A DNA stretch of 64,000 bases. It comes from the human T2T-CHM13v2.0 reference genome, Homo sapiens. Where the stretch lies: assembly GCF_009914755.1 (NCBI RefSeq), contig NC_060936.1; one strand, given 5' to 3'. Of the stretch, positions 54,363-64,000 are shown piece after piece (within the stretch, counting starts at the first letter, position 1; the number at the start of each line of letters is the position of its first letter). Below the pieces are notes generated by a model that did not search any database, was not told where the DNA came from, and worked only from the letters and a program-made list of their open reading frames with translations. Position numbers and translations under genes: made by a program.

Positions 54363-57300
54363 AAGAGGGAAGAGTAGATAGGAACAATCAAACCAAAATT
54401 TTAGAATCCTAAATCTGACGTGATATTCTGTAACAAAAAAGGTCAATTACTAATAAGTGAGTTATGAACCTTCCATGAATCTCAAATATATTGCATATAC
54501 ACTTGATTTCATCTTTGTAAGTGAGACATATCTCTTGACTTTATGGATGCTATATAAACCTTTAAAAAAAAAAAAAAGAGATGGGATCTTGCTATGCTGC
54601 CCAGGCTGGTCTTGAACTCTCAGTCTCAAGTGATCTTCCTGCCTCAACCTCCCAAGTGCTGTGATTACAGGCATGAGCCACTGCATCTGCCCTATGGATG
54701 CTATACAACTAAATGACAGAACCTGTTCTACACTTACAGAGAGAAATATGAGAGGTGAAGCTAAGAATTAATTAGATAACATGTAGAACCGCCTATTGAG
54801 GTACATTCTTTCATTTATACAGCCAACATTTGGGCGTTTACTCAGGATACAAAAAAAAAAAATTCTACTCCTTAGAATCTCCACCATTTAATGAGATTAA
54901 AATACACAAATTTATTGTTATATTAATGAATGCATTGTATCATTGATGTCCCCAATGTTAAAGCACATAAAAAAGGAAAGCAATTATACTAGGGAAGATC
55001 TCTAAGGTTTTATAACAGAAAGATGGTAACTAATCTGGGTCTTTTTATATCTATCATGGCACTTTGTGACAGCAGCTTAAGTTGATCTTTACTTGAAGTA
55101 TTTTTTAACTTCTGAGGTTGACTTAACACTAGCATAAGGCTATGTAATTTATGCCTTCCTAATCTCTAAATCACATAACAGTATTTGAAATATAGGACTT
55201 TTACTATTCCATGTGTATTTTTAGAAGCTGCTGCAACATAACACTACAGGCCAAAAATCATGTATAAAATATACTTCTAGGCTTTACAGGATTAATATGG
55301 AACTAAATGAAGTATGTTCAACATGTTTACAAAAGCAAATGGAGGAGCTATATATGCTGGTTTTCTGATATTCCTATTTTTACGCTAGATGAATTCAAGT
55401 TTTTCAGATGCTTTCATAGTGGTAGGACTATGGGGTGGGGGTGGGGAAGAGTGCCAGGAAAAGAAAAATAAAGCTGTAAAAGTTGAATACAGCACCCAGA
55501 TTTTGGTTTTTAAATATCGTCCCCCAATAAGAATAACCAAGACTCAACAGAGCAGTTGCTGATTCCGGGGCTGCGGAAAGGAAAACAGAAGATGAACTGG
55601 AGCATTTCATAGTGTCAGAAAAAAGTGCTCAAGACAAATAGGATTGGTGTATGTTAAACAACAGGATGGGTGCCAACACTGGAACAATTTAAATGAAATA
55701 AACAGTAATAGCAGTACATTATGACCCAAAGAGTAAAAAAAATATACTCATGAGTCTGTACTTTTATAAATGAATGACTGAATAATTAAATCAATGAGGG
55801 AGAAGGAACAACTCTTCATTACAGAAGAATTCCAACTAATAAATATAGGATGAATGAAGGGAATAGAAAAATCATCATTAGAATAGCACATAATTCAGGC
55901 AAGATCTACTGTTGAATACTAAAATTCATGGTTGAATGTTTAAGGAGACAGAATATTTACAAAGTCTGAAAGTATCTCTCCCAAAATATTAATTACAGAA
56001 GAAAAATAGTAATTTTACAGCTGAGAAACCTGGCAGACATTAACTGAAACACATGATCAAGGTTAGTATCATTTGTAACAAGACATACCGATACCACATA
56101 TCCCCTGATATAAAAAAAAGGCACATCACTTCTGTGGCATTTTTCCCCCAAAATGCATAACCTTAATCTAACTATGAGAAAATATCAGATAAAATCAAAT
56201 TGAGGAGCAGTCTACAAAATACTTCGCCAGGTAATGATATACTGTATCTGAGTAAGATGGCCAACTGGAAGCCCCTAGCACTCATCGCCATCACAAAGAC
56301 AGACAGAACAACAAATAAACAAATGTATTTTGAAGAAAATAGCTAAGGGAGAACACTGGGGTATATCACAGGAACAGAAACCCTGGTGAGTACAGAAACT
56401 TAGGATGGCCACACGGAGAATGGAAGGAAATGCCGGGCCTCCACCACCTCATCCTCCAAATGGGATCAGCTGAAAGCCAGGAGGAACTTCTCATGGTGAG
56501 GAGATAAGCAAGAGGATCCCAGCAACCTCCATCAACACCTTGAACATGTAGAGATCTTACCTCACAGGTACAAAGTCCAGCTGACGGAATTACCTGGAGT
56601 CCACGTAACTGTGCTCACCGTAGAGAAAAAGCAAACACTAGGCTCCACACCCTGCAGCTACAGGGCTACTACGCTATGCCATCGTAGAATTGGAACTATG
56701 GCTGGAGGGTGTCTTGCTCTGGCGGTGAGTAGCCGTGACTCTCCTTCATCTCTGAGACTAAGATGCAACTGAACCACCGCCCCAGCCAAGTGGTCCAACA
56801 TCCCCAAGCCAAGCTTCCTTTCCTGTGGGGCCAAGCAGAGACAGAGCCACTTTACTTACCCCTCCACCCTTGTGCTTGAGCTGAAGTAGTATCTTGCCTC
56901 TTGCAAAAACAGTACCTTGGCCACTCTGAGCAGTCATGTCTCCCTGAAGTCTAAGATGAAGCAGTGCCCTGCATCCCAGGAAATGGTGACTTGGCCACCC
57001 AGAAGAATGATCATGCATTACAGTACCTAAGCTGAAGTGGAGCCCTACATCCCAGGGAAATGGTTCCTGGTCTTCCCAGAATAATCACACTCTACCAAGC
57101 TTGAGCTGAAGCAGCATTATCACCCTCTGGGAATAGGTGCCTTGGCTGAGCCGAGCAGCTGCACATCTCAGAGCTGAGCTGATGTAGTACCCTGCATCCC
57201 AGGGCAAAAAAGCAGTGGCTAAGCTGAGATACTCTGCTCTACAGGCCAAACAGCTCTAGTATCCTGCTTCTGTGGAGCTGGACTAGCTACCTAGAGTGTG

Positions 57301-59022
57301 AGTTGCTGAGATACCCATCTCCCTTGATGGTGGGGTCAGAACTGTGCTGTTCCCTGTTCCTCGCAGGGTCCAATGACAGCTGTGCTCTGCCATTCTGGGT
57401 ATTTGCTGCCACTACATCTGGCCTCCCAGAGGGAGGATACTGCTGAGCCCCACTATACCACGGTCTAGAGTTATTACTACACAGTTGCTCATCCTCTAGA
57501 ACCCAAATTGCCACTGAGCCCTATTGGCTCAGATTCCTAAACTGCAGCTGAATTTTGCTCCCCAGGCTCAAACCTCCAAAGTACCCCTTACTCCATGGAG
57601 TCAGGCCAGAGCTGTGTTCTGCCTCCTTCAGGGGTAGAATCATAGCTACAACTCAGCTTCCTGAGACCAGGCTGCTAGATGGTACCTGAGTCACAGATTT
57701 TGGTTCTATGGACAACCGGTATCCAACCCTGCCACAGAAAGCGAACCTGTACTCCAAGACCCAGTTGCCAAAACAGGGTCATGAGACCCTGAGATTAGGA
57801 CCTCCATCTGCCCCACAGCTGCTCTGGACATCTGCACCTGGAACCCAGAGCTGCTGCAGCTGCTTGTAGGTTGTGTCAGACCTGACAATAAGAGGAATCC
57901 CCTTGGCTAAGTCTCCTAATTGTGGGGAAAATGAGAATAGAAGAATCCCAAAAAGCCTATGACACCAAGAACATTAACAATCTATGCTGCTGCAGCTGCT
58001 GCCGCCACAAAGTTCTACAGCCTAGGCTACTGAGGTGCCCACAGTTATTGCTGATGTTCAATGCAGCTGGAGCAGCTGCATGGAGACTATACCACTGCAC
58101 CTATCTGGAAAGAGAGTCACCATACCCTTTCCAAATGGCACACTAAAACCCAATAACAGGTGAAAGTCTGTCTCTATGAAAGATATTTTAGGAAGTTTGG
58201 AAGAGACAACTGTTCTACCAGATGCACAGACATCAATGCAGGGACCAATACAGACAGACTATTCAATGAAATCAGGAAAACAATTCACAATATAAACAAG
58301 AAATTCAACAAAGAGATATAAATAAAAAGAACCAAACAAAAACGCTGTAGCTGAAGAATTCAATAAATGAAATTTAAAGAAATACATTAGAGAGCTTCAG
58401 CAGCACACTTTGATCAAAAAGAAAGAATCTCTGAATATGAAGGTAAGTTATTTGAAATTTGTCATTGGAGAAAGAAAAGGAAATAAGAATGAAAAAGAAC
58501 GAAGAAAGCCTACAAGACTTATGAGACAACATTAAGCAAACAAAACTTTCTATTATGGGAGTTTCAGAAGAAGAAGGGAAAAGGTGTAGAAAAACCTATT
58601 TAATGAAATCATAGCAGAAAACTTCTCAAGTCTGGGGAGAAATATGCACATTCAGATCCAGGAAGCTCAAAGGTCCCCAAATAGATTCAATCCAAATCAT
58701 TCCTCACGGCACATTACAGTCAAATTGTCAAAAGTTAAAGACAAAGAGAGAATTCTAAAAACAGCAAGAGAAAAGTGTCAAGTCATATAAAAGGAAATCT
58801 CCATTAGACTAATAGCAGATTTCTCTGAAGAAAGCTCACAGGCCAGGAGAAAATGGGATGATCTATTCAAAGTGCTAAGAGAAAAAAAAAATGCCACCAA
58901 AAATACCATACTCAGCAAAGATATCCTTCAGAAACAAGGGAGAAATAAAATCTTTCCCAGACAAGCAAAACTGAGGAAATTTATCACCACTAGATAAGGC
59001 TTACAAGAAATTCTCAAGGGCA

Positions 59023-59945
<923 letters not shown>

Positions 59946-61056
59946 AAATGCTCAAAGGCATCCTACATCTAAAAACACAAAGACAATAATCACTATCACG
60001 TAAATATGCACAAGTATAAAACTCACTGGTAGAACAGATAACACAAATTAGAAAAAGAATAAAAACTTACAACTACAGAAAACCACCAAACCACAATGAT
60101 AAACAATAAGAGAGAAAGAAAGAAACAAAGAATACACAAAACAACTAACAAAGTGACAGGAATAAGACCTCACCAATCAGTAATAACCTTGAATAATAAA
60201 TTGATTAAATTCCCCACTAAAAAGCTACAGAGTAGCCAAATGGATTTTAAAAACAAAATGATCCAATTGTATTCTGCCAACAAGAAACTTAATTCACCTG
60301 TAAGAAACATACAGAATGAAAGTGAAGGGATGAATAAAGATATTCCACACAAACAAAAACCAAAAGCAAAAAGGAATAGCAATATTTACACTAGACAAAG
60401 CAGAATTTAAGTCAAAAACTAAAAAGAAACAAAAGCTCATAATATAATGATAAAAGGATCAATTCAACAAGAGGATATAACAACTGTTAATATAATGTAT
60501 CCAACACTGGAGCACCCAGATATAAAGCAAATATTATTCAATCTAAAAGGATAGATTCCATTACAATAATAGGGACTTAATCATCCAACTCTCAGCATTG
60601 AGAAGATCATCTAGGCAGAAGAAAATCAACAAAGAAACACTGGACTTAAACTGCACTCAAGACCAAATGGACCCAACAGACATTTAGAACACTTCGTTCC
60701 ACAGTTGTAGAATACACATTCTTTTCATTGGCATATGAAACGTTCTTGTGGACAGACCACACGTTAGGTCACAAAACAAGACACAACAAATTTAAGATAA
60801 CTGAAATCATATCAAGTATCTTTTCTGACCACAATGGAATAAAATTATAAATCACTACAAGAACTTTTGAAGTTATACAAATATAGGGAAATCAAAGAAC
60901 CCACTTCTGAATGACCAGTGGATCAATGAAGAAATTAAGAAAAAGATTTAAACATTTAAATCATTTCATTTGAAACAAATGAAAATTAAAAACCAACATA
61001 CCAAAACCTATGGACTACAACAAAAACAGTATTAAGAAGCTTATAGCAATAAACAC

Positions 61057-61434
61057 TGATATGGTTTGGCTCTGTGTCCACACCCAAATCTCATCTTGAA
61101 TTGTAGTTCCCATAATCCCAAAGTGTCATGGGAGGAACTAGGTGGAAGGTAATTGAATCATGGAGGCAGTTCCCACCATGCTGTTCTCCTTATAGTGAAT
61201 TTGTTCTCACAAGATCTGATGATTTTATAAGAAGCTTCCCCCTTTGCTTGGCACTCATTTTCCTTCCTGCTGCCACGTGAAGAAGGATGAGTTTGCTTCC
61301 CCTTCTGCCATGATTGTAAGGTTTCTTAAGGCCTCCCCAGCCCTGCAGAACTGTGAGTCAATTAAACCTCTTTTCTTTATAAATTACCCAGTCTCAGGTA
61401 TTTCTTCACAGCGGTATAAGAACAGACTAATACA
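61057..61434 (+). mobile_element. MSTA-like MaLR solo LTR
   Basis: TGATATGGTTTGGCTCTGTG...GACTAATACA; perfect TSD aacac. Confidence 0.9.
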
Positions 61435-61712
61435 AACACCTATGTCAGAAAAGTAGGAAGATTTCAAATAAACAATCTAACAATGCATTACAAGGAACCA
61501 GACAAGCAAAAACAAAGCAAACCCAAAATTCATAGAGAAAAAAACCAATCAAGGTTGGTGCAAAATAAACAAAATTGAGACTAAAAAAAATTACAAAAGA
61601 TCAACAAAATGAAAATTTTTAAAGACAAAATTGACAAACCAATAGGTAGACTAATATAGAAAACAAGTACTATTATAAAATAACTGTTCAAAGCAATTAT
61701 ATTATTTTTTGA

Positions 61713-63430
<1,718 letters not shown>

Positions 63431-63942
63431 GACAACCAAATCAGCCACTTCCAGAAGTAGAAATGCCCAGTTTAACATGTATTTAGTTTGAAGTGCCTAT
63501 GAGACATCCAAGAGGACTTGTTAATTATAAAATGATGTACATAATTCTGGAATTTAAGCTAGACATCTGCAATAGTAGACATAAATTTGGGACTTACTGT
63601 AGAAATGGCCCTAATTGCTATAAAACTAGATATACAAGTGGAAGAACAGTTGGAAGGAAGAAAAACTAAGGCATTCAAGGAAGTAAGGAGATAAAGAAAA
63701 TGGAGTGGTTACAAAAGACAAAGTGGGGGAGACACAAGGGGAAAGTAAAAGCAAGAGAGCATCTTTCCATAAGAAAATAGGAATAATGGAAAGAGAAGAA
63801 GAAAAAGCTAGAAAAAATGGAAAGGTAGAGAGAAAAACAATGAGGAGGGCTGGGAAGAAAGATGGCAAGGGGAGGGAAGTTTGGAAGAAGGAAGGTAGGA
63901 TAGGCAGGTAGCACCAAAAAAGGAAGGGAGAGACAGAATAAG

Positions 63943-64000
63943 TGATATGATTTGGACATTGTGTCCCCTACAAAGCTCATGTTGAAATGTGACCTCCAGT
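63943..64000 (+). mobile_element. Start of an MST-type MaLR LTR (runs off the window)
   Basis: TGATATGATTTGGAC..TGTGTCCCC...CTCATGTTGAAATGTGACCTCCAGT. Confidence 0.75.

Noticed and set aside
56878-57250. Regular repeats as a CRISPR-like array
   Set aside because: Eukaryotic context, whole units are homologous with no unique spacers, and it lies in an L1 5'UTR.

Overview
Primate, almost certainly human, genomic DNA from the CRY1 (cryptochrome 1) locus on the minus strand. The window holds the distal ~28 kb of intron 1, coding exons 2-12 and the non-coding terminal exon 13. All exons have canonical GT-AG ends, and their 1603 coding nt match the 586-aa CRY1 frame apart from the 158 nt of exon 1, which lies outside the window. 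About 4 kb downstream on the same strand is a CpG-island promoter and first exon, attributed by known gene order to MTERF2. The rest is mostly transposon-derived: ~35 Alus, a full-length Tigger1, MaLR and MER41 solo LTRs, L1s of several ages, L2/MIR and MER DNA elements. Nearly all non-CRY1 ORFs in the track are repeat or low-complexity artefacts. The known paired intronic ROR/REV-ERB elements are at 41381-41445. The most interesting unexplained signals cluster on the regulatory C-terminal tail: a strong-looking 18-nt stop-containing micro-exon or alternative last exon in intron 10, possible relics of the avian Cry1a/Cry1b tail exons, and a stop-free retained intron 11 that opens an NMD-immune alternative tail frame. 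Also notable are a (UG)17-guarded cryptic acceptor, a potential stop-free exon 6-7 circle, a MER41B LTR with a GAS site and a 26-bp palindrome, and several informative retrotransposition structures. Repeat subfamily names and cross-species comparisons are from memory, not from a search.
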